Notes under the pieces: generated by a model
Told to the model about the DNA's origin: nothing
What the model saw: only the letters and a program-made list of their open reading frames with translations
The model's database searches: none
Assembly: GCA_045129715.1 (NCBI GenBank)
Contig: JBGVKA010000069.1
Location: forward strand, 1-45,300
Source of the DNA: Eubacteriales bacterium
GTDB taxonomy: Bacteria; Bacillota; Clostridia; Oscillospirales; CAG-272
Length of the DNA: 45,300 nucleotides
Reading direction: 5' to 3'
Program-made: the position numbers and the translations under genes
In this document: one piece after another, positions 1-9,816 of the stretch
How the letters are laid out: each line of letters starts with the position of its first letter
Numbering within the stretch: position 1 is the first letter of the stretch

Positions 1-315
1 CGGTGTCGTTGCGCATATTTCTCTGGAAAGAGAGTTTAGCTTTTCGAGGGTTGCAAGGTTCGTTCCCGTGGATCTGACTCGTCTGAGCTGGGCGGAATAG
101 CTTCCGTCGGGCATTCTTATTGCCGCGTGCACGAACGAGATTATTGAAAATACCTCAACGTGTGCCGCACCGTACGCCTTGCATATTCTTTCTATAGTGT
201 CTTCAACACGGCTTACCTCGGCACCGTTTTTGAGCATACCCTCGCCAATGTCAAGGGCGAGGCAGAGCAGGTATTCCGTATCGTTTTTATCAAGCAAGCT
301 TCCTTGGTTTTCCAA
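1..315 (-). CDS. ThrE/YjjP-type (DUF1212) threonine/serine exporter family membrane protein, N-terminal part; gene continues past the left edge
   Basis: Absent from the ORF track because it has no ATG start. Manual minus-strand translation starts at a TTG (313-315) with GGAG 8 nt upstream. It reads LENQGSLLDKNDTEYLLCLALDIGEGMLKNGAEVSRVEDTIERICKAYGAAHVEVFSIISFVHAAIRMPDGSYSAQLRRVRSTGTNLATLEKLNSLSREICATTP and stays open to base 1. The LALDIGE..L.NGAEV.RVEDTI block is the ThrE-family N-terminal signature as I recognise it. Confidence 0.6.
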   Translation of the reverse strand, partial: MENQGSLLDKNDTEYLLCLALDIGEGMLKNGAEVSRVEDTIERICKAYGAAHVEVFSIISFVHAAIRMPDGSYSAQLRRVRSTGTNLATLEKLNSLSREICATTP

Positions 316-381
316 CGCTTTTTCTCCGTTTGAATTTCTTCGGCTATCCTTCGCATAAGGAGTCGATTTTTAGCCAAGGTT

Positions 382-410
382 AGTATAGCACAGGCGAAAA
401 TTGTAGTCAA
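382..410 (-). promoter_or_regulatory. sigma-A type promoter for the ThrE-like gene
   Basis: Minus strand reads TTGACT (405-410), a 17-nt spacer, then TGcTATACT (-10 at 382-387, extended -10 TG). It lies about 65 nt upstream of the TTG start. Confidence 0.6.
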
Positions 411-461
411 TAGATTTGGCGCAAAATCTTCCGTTAAATGTTTTAATATAGCGCGTTTTTG

Positions 462-490
462 TTGACAATAAATATTCAAAGTGGTATAAT
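462..490 (+). promoter_or_regulatory. sigma-A type promoter for malQ
   Basis: TTGACA (462-467), a 17-nt spacer, then TGgTATAAT (-10 at 485-490). It is divergent from the ThrE-like promoter. Confidence 0.7.
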
Positions 491-559
491 CAATGTATAT
501 TTTATCTCGCGCGGAACCGGATGCGCGATAAATAGCATAAAAATAAAAAGGTAGACCTT

Positions 560-2056
560 ATGAACACGAACACACTGGGTAACTTCGGCTTTAAGCACAA
601 GGCGGGAATTTTGATGCCCGTCAGCAGCTTGCCGTCAAAATACGGTATCGGATCCTTCGGAAAGGAGGCGTTCCGCTTCGTTGATTTTCTTGACGAGGCA
701 GGGCAAAAGTGCTGGCAGGTCCTTCCCCTGAACCCAACCTCCTACGGTGACAGTCCGTATCAGTCTCCCGCCTCGATAGCGGGCAACCCATACTATATAG
801 ACCTTGATATCCTCTTTGAGAAGGGACTTCTCACGAAAGAGGAGCTTTCGGGCGCAGAGATCGACACGGAGCGCGTGGATTACGGATTCCTCTTTACCAC
901 GAGATACGGTATCCTCCGCCGTGCTTATTCAAGATTTAAGCCCACGGCAAAATACCGCGCCTTCCTTGCTAAAAACGGGGATTGGATAGACGATTACGCG
1001 CTCTTTATGGCTATAAAATTCAAAAATAACTACAGCGCGTGGTACACCTGGTGCGATGAGCTTCGCAATTATAAAAGTGCGAAGAAACGTATTTTTGACT
1101 ACGAGGACGAGTGCGGCTTTTGGAGATGGCTCCAGTTTGAGTTCTTCGAGGAGTGGAGCGCGCTTCTTAAGTACGCTCATTCAAAGAAGATACTCGTTAT
1201 AGGTGATATGCCGATCTACGTTGCGCACGACAGTATGGACGTATGGCGCGCGCCCGAACAGTTTATGATAGACGACGAGTATCAGCCGATAATCGTTGCA
1301 GGATGCCCCCCGGATGCATTCTCGGATGACGGTCAGCTTTGGGGTAATCCCATATATAATTGGCAGAGAATGGAATTTGACTCGTTTGGGTGGTGGCGCG
1401 AGCGCGTCGGACACGCGTTCAGGCTCTACGACATTCTTCGCATAGACCATTTCAGAGGCTTTGCATCCTTCTACGCGATCCCCTTCGGCGACGAGAACGC
1501 CAAGCGTGGAAATTGGATGAAGGCACCCGGCATCAGTCTTTTCAATGCTATAAGAGAGGACTATCCCACCGCAAAGATCATCGCGGAGGATCTCGGCCAT
1601 ATAACCGAGGACGTAAGAGATCTCCTTTCCGAGACGGGATTCCCCGGAATGAAGGTTCTTCAGTTCGCATTCTCGAACGACGACAACGAATACCTTCCGA
1701 GAATGTACGATACGGATAACTGCGTTTCCTATACGGGCTCGCACGACTCCGAGTGTACGAGAAGCTGGTACGCATCTCTTTCGAAGGAGGAGCTGGCGAG
1801 ATTCCGTGCCGAGTGTAAAAGAGAAAAGGGCGAGAGTGCAACGGATGCGCTCATCGGCATCATAATGAAGAGCCGTGCCAATCTTGCCGTAATTCCGATG
1901 CAGGATTATCTCCACCTCAAAAACGAGGAGGGAAGAATGAACACGCCCTCCGTCGCATCGGGCAACTGGCAGTGGAGACTAAAGAAAAATTACTACAGAA
2001 GATCTCTCACAGAAAAGATATACGCTATGACCAAGGCAGGCAAGCGTGTTAAATAA
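560..2056 (+). CDS. malQ: 4-alpha-glucanotransferase (amylomaltase, GH77)
   Basis: 498-aa ORF. The N-terminus AGILMPVSSLPSKYGIGSFGKEAFRFVDFLDEAGQKCWQVLPLNPTSYGDSPYQS, plus the RIDHFRGF and GDMPIYV motifs, is typical of MalQ. Confidence 0.93.
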   Translation: MNTNTLGNFGFKHKAGILMPVSSLPSKYGIGSFGKEAFRFVDFLDEAGQKCWQVLPLNPTSYGDSPYQSPASIAGNPYYIDLDILFEKGLLTKEELSGAEIDTERVDYGFLFTTRYGILRRAYSRFKPTAKYRAFLAKNGDWIDDYALFMAIKFKNNYSAWYTWCDELRNYKSAKKRIFDYEDECGFWRWLQFEFFEEWSALLKYAHSKKILVIGDMPIYVAHDSMDVWRAPEQFMIDDEYQPIIVAGCPPDAFSDDGQLWGNPIYNWQRMEFDSFGWWRERVGHAFRLYDILRIDHFRGFASFYAIPFGDENAKRGNWMKAPGISLFNAIREDYPTAKIIAEDLGHITEDVRDLLSETGFPGMKVLQFAFSNDDNEYLPRMYDTDNCVSYTGSHDSECTRSWYASLSKEELARFRAECKREKGESATDALIGIIMKSRANLAVIPMQDYLHLKNEEGRMNTPSVASGNWQWRLKKNYYRRSLTEKIYAMTKAGKRVK

Positions 2057-2067
2057 AGAGGTATAAA

Positions 2068-2817
2068 ATGAAATTTATTTCGTGGAACGTAAACGGCTTC
2101 AGAGCTTGTCTCGATAAGGGTTTTGAGGATTTCTTCAAGAGCGAGGATGCAGACTTTTTCGCAATTCAGGAGACGAAGATGCAGATAGGTCAGGCACAGT
2201 TTGAGCCCGAGGGATACTATCAGTATTGGAACAGTGCAGAGAAAAAGGGATATTCGGGCACCGCGATATTTACGAAGCATAAGCCTCTTTCCGTATCCTA
2301 CGGAATAGGCATTCCCGAGCACGATACCGAGGGCAGAGCGATCACCCTTGAGTACGACGATTTCTATTTTCTTTGCGTGTATACGCCCAACGCTCAGCGC
2401 GAGCTTGCAAGACTCTCCTACCGTATGGAGTGGGAGGACGCGCTTCGCGGATATATAAGCGAGCTCGATAAGAAGAAGCCCGTGATCTATTGCGGTGACC
2501 TCAACGTAGCGCACGAGGAGATAGACCTTAAGAATCCGAAGACCAATCATTTCAGCGCAGGATTTTCCGACGAGGAGAGAGGGAAGTTTAGCGAGCTTCT
2601 TTCGTGTGGCTTCAAGGACACCTTCAGATCCCTTTACCCCGACACCGTGCGTTATTCCTGGTGGAGCTATATGTACGGTGCAAGAGCAAAGAACGTAGGC
2701 TGGCGTATAGATTATTTCGTGGTGTCGGATAGACTTATGGAAAGAGTAAAGGATAGCTTCATCCTGAACGATATAATGGGCAGCGACCACTGTCCCGTAG
2801 GCATCGTGCTTGAATAA
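2068..2817 (+). CDS. xth: exodeoxyribonuclease III (AP endonuclease, EEP fold)
   Basis: 249-aa ORF reading MKFISWNVNGFRA...FFAIQETK...GDLNVAH...GSDHCPV, with all ExoIII/Xth motifs present. RBS AGAGG lies 6 nt upstream. Confidence 0.93.
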   Translation: MKFISWNVNGFRACLDKGFEDFFKSEDADFFAIQETKMQIGQAQFEPEGYYQYWNSAEKKGYSGTAIFTKHKPLSVSYGIGIPEHDTEGRAITLEYDDFYFLCVYTPNAQRELARLSYRMEWEDALRGYISELDKKKPVIYCGDLNVAHEEIDLKNPKTNHFSAGFSDEERGKFSELLSCGFKDTFRSLYPDTVRYSWWSYMYGARAKNVGWRIDYFVVSDRLMERVKDSFILNDIMGSDHCPVGIVLE

Positions 2818-2921
2818 GCGGCACTGCCAAAGATTCGCAAAACAAACCGTTAATCCTCTTAAAAGCAAACTATTAAAGTTTTAAAAGTAAACTGTTATTT
2901 ACAATACAAAGCAAAATCAAA

Positions 2922-2961
2922 GCGGAGATACCGAATTCACGGCATCTCCGCTCGTTTTATT
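2922..2961. terminator. bidirectional intrinsic terminator between xth (+) and the end of the minus-strand operon
   Basis: GCGGAGAT (2922-2929) pairs with ATCTCCGC (2944-2951). TCGTTTTATT follows on the plus strand and an A-rich run precedes the stem, giving a T-run on the minus strand. Confidence 0.75.
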
Positions 2962-2998
2962 ATCGCCTGAGCTTCAAGCGATTTTTTTGTTTTCCCGA

Positions 2999-5900
2999 TT
3001 AGTCTGCGGGATAAAGTGCGTTGTACTTAGCAAGAAGATCGTTGTAATAGAGGTCGTCGATGATAGCCTTATCCTCAGCGGAAAGGTTAGCGTAGATCTC
3101 TATAGCGTTCTCCATTGCGGTCTTGAAGGTTGCAAGGGACTCGGTATCCTCTGCGTCACGCTCGTAGAGAGAGTAATAGATCTCTGCATTGAAGAGATAG
3201 GAAATGATAGAGTCGTTTTCAAGAAGCTTGGTGAAGTGTCTCTCAAGCTCTGCGTAGAGAGCGAGATTACCCTGGAGCACGTAGAATGCGTACTTTTCAT
3301 CGGCAGAGAGTGCGCGAAGCTCTGCAAGAAGAGTGAGGATATCGTCACCCGTATACTCAACTCCGTTTGCCTCTGCGGTAAGAAGAGGAATAAGCTTGAT
3401 AAGAAGAGCCATTGCGTTCTCAACCTTAGCTGAGCTTATAAGCTCCTCGCTCGCGGAAAGAAGGCTTCTCGTGGAGAGCTGCATATAATACATATAGTCG
3501 TCGAGAAGTCCCTTAACGGGCTCTGCATCCTCGGTCACGGTGACGGAGAAGAGCTTGAAGTTAATTGCATTCATTATGCTCTCGTCGGTCTCGGCTACGG
3601 TGAGAATATCAGCGTAAATAAGCTTTGCCTTGTTGTAAAGAGCGATCATCGCGGTGCAAGCGATAGTGCGCTGAGTCTCGGAGTTCGAGCCGTCGGTAAC
3701 GATAGCGTAGAGCTCGTTGAACTGCTTGTAAATAGCCAAGATAGAATCGATCTTGTCGGATACGCTGCCAGGATCAAGAGTAGTCTGATCGGAGAACTTA
3801 TCAGCAGCATAGCGGTTGATAGACTCAAAGTAAGCAATGCTTGCGTTGATGGAGTAGAATGCGTGAAGCTTATCTTCATCAAGGCCGCGAACGATAGCGA
3901 TCATATCGTTTATATCTCCGTCATAAACGGTGCCGTTAAGCTCTGCCTCAAAGAGAGGGAGAAGAGCGATAAGGGTATCGCAAAGAGAGGTAACGTAATC
4001 GGTATGTCCTGCGGAAAGCATAGAGCTTGCAGTAACGTATTTAATAAAGTAGAAATACGAATCCACGGTGAACTTTACGACGGTAGGATGATCGGGATCG
4101 TTATCCGAAACCTCGTAGAGAAAGGCGCCGAGCGCATTTGCTACAGCCGAGCTGGTCTTAGCGATCTCGGTGATCTCGTTGTAGAGAACGGTAGCCTTGC
4201 TGTAAAGTCCCATAAGAGTGGGATATGCAGCCGCGAGCTTCATCTTTTCCGTGTCGTTCAACAAGGTGTTAAACTTATCGAGAACGTTGTAAAGTGCGTC
4301 AAACTTAGCCTTGATCTCCTCGGAGGGAGTAACGGTGCTCTGATCCAAGATCGCGGAATAGAGCTTGTTGTACTTGTCAAAGGCATTGCCTAAAAGTGCT
4401 CTGTAAGCGGTCTTTTCGGAGGCGGTAAGAGAGTTGAACTGCTCGTTAACGAGCCTCATGTAATTCTTGAAGTCGTTGAGAGCCGCCTCGTTGTACTGAG
4501 CTGTAGGATAGATCTCCATAGCCTGAATAAGATTAGCGAATGAAGCCTGCGCGTTATGAAGCGTTCCGTCGGTGTTCTTGGGAAGCTCACTGAGGAAGAA
4601 TCCGTACATGATCTGTGCGATCATCTTGCTGGGATTCTTATAATCAAAGATGAGTACTGCTCCGGCTACGTTGTGGTAGTTGTAGCAGATAGCGGAGAGG
4701 AACCAGTGAAGCTCGGTGGGAGTAAGATCGACCATAGCTTCGAAGAGGGCAAGAACTTTCGTTCTGTTTTCATTGTTCGATTCAAGGGTTCCCGTGGTTG
4801 CTATAACGTCCAAAACGTCATAGTATGCTTTCATTACGTTATCAACGTTTTTATTGTTCAAAACGGGTCCCAAGAAGTCGTAATAACCGAGAAGCTTCGA
4901 GGAGGGAGCGTTGAGATAAACGTTGATAAGCGTGTCAAGGTTCAACGCATTGTAAAGAGTTGTGTACAATTCGTTGCCGCTTGCCTTGATCTGCTTAGCA
5001 AGATCAAGAGCCTTGAGGTAGTAATAATGATAAGCGTAGAGATCAAAACCGGTTGCACTTCCCGTGCTCGTGTTTGTAAGCTGGTATGCGGTGTCGTATG
5101 CCAAATTGAAGGCGTTCTGGAAGTCCTCGAGGAGTCCCGGAGCCGGGATCTTGCCCCAAAGGTCTGTGGTAAGCTGATCCTTTCCGCCGTCCTTAGCGTA
5201 ATAGTAGTAAGAGTAAACGATGTCAAAGAAATCGCTTCTCCATCTTATTATAACTGCATAAAGAGATGCGTAACGGGATCCGGTGAATTCGCTGGAGCTG
5301 ATATCGAACACTGCCTTCACGATGTCCGCTCCGTAGGCTGAAGCGAATGCCGCAGCATCGGTCTTAAGATCTGTCTTCCAGGTAGTGGGAATGTCCTTGA
5401 GAAGATCGTAGATCGCGATCACGTGCTCAAGTCTCTTTGCTATTTCAAGAGCGGTCTCCTCTGTGTGAGGCGAGGTGAGCTGAGAGATCTTATAGTTTTC
5501 ATTGAAGCTCTCTTCACCGAACTCTTCCTTAATAGCACGCATAAGAGCCGCGCTTGCGTTATATGCAGACTTCGGATCGTTAAGTGCCGTAATAGCCTTA
5601 ACTACGTCCTCGTAGGTCTTTCCGACGTATGTAAGCTGTCCCTCTGCGGAAAGAATAAACGCGTTGCCGAGGTCCTTAACTGCCGCAACGTAGTCGTTAA
5701 TGTTAACGTAGAATGCCGCTACGCGAGCGAAATTAAGGATAAGATCGCTGTCTACCAAGCTCTGATCGGTGGTAGAAAGAGAGAAGTAACGCTCTATAGC
5801 CTCCTTTGCTGCCTCTCCGGCGCCTGCGGGAAGCTTGATATCGGCTATAGACTGGTTTTCACCGATCTCAAGGTTAACGTTTTCGATCTTACTTGCCAAG

Positions 5901-6781
5901 CTCTCTATAACGTATATGGGGCTGTAAAGAACGTCTACTGTGTAAGACCACTCGTTACCTGCATAGCGTACCGTGACGGTCTGAGTTACGGCGGTGTCCT
6001 TGTTTGCCTCTGTTATGGAGTCGGGATCGTAGCCGCTTACCATATCATTGGTGATATTGATGGACTTTTTGAAGGTGGAGGGCTTAGCTGCCTCAAGATA
6101 GAGATATCCGCCGGAGAAATTAAGGGTTTTCTCGTGGCTTAAATAATCGTCCTTGTTGGGCTGCTTGAAATCGATTTTTGCGGGGGCATAGAGGGTAACG
6201 GGGAAGCTGCACTCGTAGGTGTTAGCTCCGTTTGTATACTGAATGGTTACGTTTGTAGTACCTGCCTGAGTGTTGTTGAAGCTCTTGATTTTGATCAAGG
6301 AGCTCTTCATATCAACGTAGGTGGTGGTACCGTCGTCCTTAGCTACCTTTACTCTGCCCTTTTCCTTGTTGAAGCTTTCGTAGGTAAAGTACTCGGTATC
6401 AACGTTTTCAACGGTCATTCTTGCGATAACCGCTACGGTAAGAGTAGTGGTCTTACCCTCAAAGGAAACGCTGAGAGTCTGGTTTCCGAGAGTGTACTTG
6501 TCATATCCGGTAACGCTTATGCGAGGATCGTTCAAGGGGACCCTCGTCTTCTCATCGTTCTTGGAGACGGTGAGAGCACCGGTTGAAAAATCGAGATCCT
6601 GACCTTCTACGTAAACGAGTCTCGGCTGGAGTGATTTTTCAATGTAGATCTCGGTGGAGGAGGAGCCGCTGTCGTCTCCTCCGTCACCTTTCTTATTCTT
6701 ACATCCGGTAAAGGACGTAATACAAACCATTACAAGCACTAAAATCGATAATACCGTGAATCTTAATTTTCTGTTATTCAT
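2999..6781 (-). CDS. large surface lipoprotein: three Ig-like beta domains followed by about 970 aa of all-helical repeats; function unknown
   Basis: 1260-aa ORF. Signal peptide with lipobox SFTG|C. Residues about 45-290 form three bacterial Ig-like modules (for example LVYVEGQDLDFSTGALTV...TLSVSFEGKTTTLTVAV). The rest is helix-rich and has no motif I can assign. It lies 51 nt downstream of the LRR gene with no terminator between them. Confidence 0.85.
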   Translation of the reverse strand: MNNRKLRFTVLSILVLVMVCITSFTGCKNKKGDGGDDSGSSSTEIYIEKSLQPRLVYVEGQDLDFSTGALTVSKNDEKTRVPLNDPRISVTGYDKYTLGNQTLSVSFEGKTTTLTVAVIARMTVENVDTEYFTYESFNKEKGRVKVAKDDGTTTYVDMKSSLIKIKSFNNTQAGTTNVTIQYTNGANTYECSFPVTLYAPAKIDFKQPNKDDYLSHEKTLNFSGGYLYLEAAKPSTFKKSINITNDMVSGYDPDSITEANKDTAVTQTVTVRYAGNEWSYTVDVLYSPIYVIESLASKIENVNLEIGENQSIADIKLPAGAGEAAKEAIERYFSLSTTDQSLVDSDLILNFARVAAFYVNINDYVAAVKDLGNAFILSAEGQLTYVGKTYEDVVKAITALNDPKSAYNASAALMRAIKEEFGEESFNENYKISQLTSPHTEETALEIAKRLEHVIAIYDLLKDIPTTWKTDLKTDAAAFASAYGADIVKAVFDISSSEFTGSRYASLYAVIIRWRSDFFDIVYSYYYYAKDGGKDQLTTDLWGKIPAPGLLEDFQNAFNLAYDTAYQLTNTSTGSATGFDLYAYHYYYLKALDLAKQIKASGNELYTTLYNALNLDTLINVYLNAPSSKLLGYYDFLGPVLNNKNVDNVMKAYYDVLDVIATTGTLESNNENRTKVLALFEAMVDLTPTELHWFLSAICYNYHNVAGAVLIFDYKNPSKMIAQIMYGFFLSELPKNTDGTLHNAQASFANLIQAMEIYPTAQYNEAALNDFKNYMRLVNEQFNSLTASEKTAYRALLGNAFDKYNKLYSAILDQSTVTPSEEIKAKFDALYNVLDKFNTLLNDTEKMKLAAAYPTLMGLYSKATVLYNEITEIAKTSSAVANALGAFLYEVSDNDPDHPTVVKFTVDSYFYFIKYVTASSMLSAGHTDYVTSLCDTLIALLPLFEAELNGTVYDGDINDMIAIVRGLDEDKLHAFYSINASIAYFESINRYAADKFSDQTTLDPGSVSDKIDSILAIYKQFNELYAIVTDGSNSETQRTIACTAMIALYNKAKLIYADILTVAETDESIMNAINFKLFSVTVTEDAEPVKGLLDDYMYYMQLSTRSLLSASEELISSAKVENAMALLIKLIPLLTAEANGVEYTGDDILTLLAELRALSADEKYAFYVLQGNLALYAELERHFTKLLENDSIISYLFNAEIYYSLYERDAEDTESLATFKTAMENAIEIYANLSAEDKAIIDDLYYNDLLAKYNALYPAD
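3221..4306 (-). repeat. internal tandem duplication (about 171 aa + about 178 aa) inside the helical region of the 1260-aa lipoprotein
   Basis: Residues 826-996 and 1010-1187 align by eye. MGLYSKATVLYNEITEIAKT matches IALYNKAKLIYADILTVAET, and LIALLPLFEAELNGTVYDGDINDMIAIVRGLDEDKLHAFY matches LIKLIPLLTAEANGVEYTGDDILTLLAELRALSADEKYAFY. Confidence 0.75.
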
Positions 6782-6832
6782 TTGTTTATCCTATCTTAGT
6801 AATAGTCATCCGAATCTATAATAGAATTTCTA

Positions 6833-9805
6833 TTAAGCTTCGGGAGTGTTTTGAGTCCAAACGGCGTAGATAGTAGTACCGCTCGGGATCTCTGCCAATT
6901 GAGACGCGCTGTAAACGACCGTGCTTGCTTCGGCATCGGTATCCCAGCCTGCGAAGGTATATCCTTCTCTTTCGGGAGCAAGAGTTGCGTTGGGGGAGGA
7001 AAGGTTATCGTCAAGATCCTTGCCCTTAGTGAACGAAACTACGTACGTTTTGTCATCGGAGAGCTCACAACCCCAAAGAACTGCACGGTAAGAGGAATTC
7101 CAACGGTTGTTCCAATAGGGATTGATGGTTTCGGGCTCTGCGAAGAACGTTGCGGAGTGCAGACCGTAGAAGGCGTGCTTACCGATGGTCTCGATGCTCG
7201 AGGGAAGAACTACGGAATCAACCATAGCGCAGCCCTTGAATGCATAGTCGCCGATATTCTTAACGCTCTTAGAGAACACGATGGTCTTAACACCGGCGCA
7301 GCCGTAGAAGGCGTATTTTCCGATGTTGGTGAGCTTATCTCCCATAACGATACTGTCAAGGGAAGCGCAGTCCTTAAATGCGTAATTGCCTATGGACTCG
7401 ATGTTGTGAGAAATAACGAGAGTCTTGAGGTTTTCACACTTGTAGAAGGTGTAATTCAAGATGTTGAGAGTCTTGTTGGGATTGCTTTCATCTGTGCTGA
7501 ATACGATCGTTTCAAGCTTGGTGCAGTTGTAGAACGCGCGCTCTCCGAGGTACTCGAGCGATGCGGGAAGGATTACTTCCTTGATACCCGAGCAGGAGTG
7601 GAAGGCTCTGTCACCTATATACTTGATCCTTGATCCGTTAGCGAAGATAACGGGGCCCTTAAGGGAGGGAAGGCCGTTTTTGAAGTCCTCGATGCTGCCC
7701 CAGATCTCACCGCTGTCTCCAAGGTTGGAGCAGCCGTAGAAGGCGTAAGGACCGATGTATTCAACGCTTGCAGGGAACTTAACACCAATGAGAGCCGTGC
7801 ACTGATAGAATGCCGAGCGTCCGATGTGCTTAAGTCCTGTAGGAAGCTGAACTACTCCGCGCTCTTCCTTGTTAGCGAAGAAATATGCGCTCATACATCC
7901 GTAGAATGCGTAGTCGTCAATATACTCAAGGCTTGCGGCACCGCCGACACCGCCCATCATATAGAGATTATAGAACGCACCGCGTCCGATGTACTTGATA
8001 GAGTTGGGAAGCCAAATTCCGCCGCCCATAAATACTGCGTTCTGGAATGCGTAGTTTCCGATAGCCTCGATAACGGTGGTGTTGTCGGAGGGGTTAACGT
8101 CGGGAACGTCTACCTGGCTCATATACATACCGCCCTGTCTGAAGCCAACCACCCAGGAGTCGAAGCAAACGACGGGAGCCGCTGCAGTTGCCTTCTGGAA
8201 GGGAATGGTTCCGTAGAATGCGTTTCCACCGAGATAGCTCAAGGTGGGATAAGCGGGAAGCTGAATTCCCTTGTCCTCAAGCTTTACACAGTTCTCAAAT
8301 GCGGAGTTACCGATCTTCTGAACGATGAGGGTGGTGTATCTGTCGAAGTTATTGAGCATGGGGCATTCATAGAATGCGTAGTCGTTGATGATGAGAATGG
8401 ATTCACAGTCGTCAAACTTTTCGAGGATCTCGCAGTAAGCGAAAGCAGCGGTACCAACGTACTTAACGCCGGTAAGTCTTGCCGTCTTAAGCTTCTTGCA
8501 GCTCTGGAATGCGTTGTCGGCAACACCGACAGTGCCTTCCTTGAGGTTGTTAGCGTTAAGAGCGGTGAGATCTCTGTTAACTGCCTCGATAAGCCAATTG
8601 CCGAGATAGAAGATCTCTGCCTTTACAGGCTCAAGCTCCTCGCCGTCCTTTGCTGTGAGCGAGGGATCAACGATCTTGCCGTGAGCTACCTGATGAGGAA
8701 TAGTGCCGTAGAATGCGTAGATGCCTATCTCGGTCAAGCCCGTTCCGAGCGTGATCGTCGAAAGAGCCTTACACTGAAGAAACGCCTCGGTGCCGATGGA
8801 GGTGACGCTGTTCGGTATAACGAGAGTCTTAAGGGCCTCGCATCCCGTGAACGCGCCGGTTCCTATCGTCTTAAGGCTGTTTCCGAGATTAAGGGTAGTA
8901 AGTCCCTTACAGGAATAGAATGCATAGTTGGAAATGGATTCCATACCGTTTCCGATAGTTACGTTAGCGAGCTTCTGACAGTTTGTGAATGCGTACTCAC
9001 CGATAGTCTTAACGGAATCGGGAATAACGATGGTCTCAAGCTCAGCACACTCTGCAAATGCGTTATCCGCAATGCTTTCAACCTTATTTCCGATAGTTAC
9101 GTTCTTAAGCGCAACGCACCAAGAGAACGTTGAAGGAGCTATAGCGGTAACCTGATTGGGAATATTAACGGTAGTGAGCTTCTTGCAGCTCTGGAAAGCA
9201 AATTCACCGATAGTGGTAACGCTTTCGGGAACGGTAACGCTCGTAAGCTCGGAGCATTTAGCGAACGCGTTCTTACCGATAGTCTTTACGTTTTTTCCGA
9301 TAACCACGCTGGTTATCTTCTTGTTGTTGGAGAACGCCTTGTCGGCAATCTTGGTAACGGGCTTTCCGCGGTAAACGTCTTCAATAACGATGTCACCGAA
9401 GGCGGTACCCGATCCCACAACCTCGTACTCGGTCTTGTTGTTGATAAGATTGAACTTGAGTCCGCTCTCTGCCACTCTTTTGAACTCAAATTTTGCCCAT
9501 TCGGAGCTTTCGAGCTCGGAGCTAAAGTTAAGAGCTCTTACCTCGATAACGTAGTCACCGGGCTTGAGGTATTCAAGCGAATAGCTGGGAGATTTGACCG
9601 TTCTTATTCTGTCGTCTCCTGTAATTCTGAGCTCGTATCCGCGCGCGTCGGTGATGGGGTTCCACTGAAGAACGAGAGTGTCGGAGTTGAGCTTGAACTT
9701 GGAGGGAGCCTTAGTAATAACAGGCTCCTCCTTGCAAGCGGTAAGTGATACTGCCAAAAGGAGTATCAAGGAAATCGATAATATCAAGAATATTAATTTT
9801 TTCAT
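6833..9805 (-). CDS. BspA-type leucine-rich-repeat (LRR_5) surface lipoprotein with an N-terminal Fn3-like domain and a C-terminal Listeria-Bacteroides repeat (Flg_new)
   Basis: 990-aa ORF. Lipobox SLTA|C. Fn3-like segment LVLQWNPITDARGYELRI. Dozens of repeats fit the pattern IG..AF..C..L..V.IP.SV..IG. The C-terminus PEREGYTFAGWDTD...TIYAVW is a Flg_new motif. RBS AAGGAG; the gene starts 11 nt after the upstream stop. Confidence 0.9.
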   Translation of the reverse strand: MKKLIFLILSISLILLLAVSLTACKEEPVITKAPSKFKLNSDTLVLQWNPITDARGYELRITGDDRIRTVKSPSYSLEYLKPGDYVIEVRALNFSSELESSEWAKFEFKRVAESGLKFNLINNKTEYEVVGSGTAFGDIVIEDVYRGKPVTKIADKAFSNNKKITSVVIGKNVKTIGKNAFAKCSELTSVTVPESVTTIGEFAFQSCKKLTTVNIPNQVTAIAPSTFSWCVALKNVTIGNKVESIADNAFAECAELETIVIPDSVKTIGEYAFTNCQKLANVTIGNGMESISNYAFYSCKGLTTLNLGNSLKTIGTGAFTGCEALKTLVIPNSVTSIGTEAFLQCKALSTITLGTGLTEIGIYAFYGTIPHQVAHGKIVDPSLTAKDGEELEPVKAEIFYLGNWLIEAVNRDLTALNANNLKEGTVGVADNAFQSCKKLKTARLTGVKYVGTAAFAYCEILEKFDDCESILIINDYAFYECPMLNNFDRYTTLIVQKIGNSAFENCVKLEDKGIQLPAYPTLSYLGGNAFYGTIPFQKATAAAPVVCFDSWVVGFRQGGMYMSQVDVPDVNPSDNTTVIEAIGNYAFQNAVFMGGGIWLPNSIKYIGRGAFYNLYMMGGVGGAASLEYIDDYAFYGCMSAYFFANKEERGVVQLPTGLKHIGRSAFYQCTALIGVKFPASVEYIGPYAFYGCSNLGDSGEIWGSIEDFKNGLPSLKGPVIFANGSRIKYIGDRAFHSCSGIKEVILPASLEYLGERAFYNCTKLETIVFSTDESNPNKTLNILNYTFYKCENLKTLVISHNIESIGNYAFKDCASLDSIVMGDKLTNIGKYAFYGCAGVKTIVFSKSVKNIGDYAFKGCAMVDSVVLPSSIETIGKHAFYGLHSATFFAEPETINPYWNNRWNSSYRAVLWGCELSDDKTYVVSFTKGKDLDDNLSSPNATLAPEREGYTFAGWDTDAEASTVVYSASQLAEIPSGTTIYAVWTQNTPEA

Positions 9806-9816
9806 TTTCTACTCCT

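Noticed and set aside
213-479. An 88-aa minus-strand ORF listed in the track.
   Set aside because: It is out of frame with, and overlaps, the much better supported ThrE-like reading frame (1-315). It also overlaps both divergent promoters, and it shows no RBS or motif.
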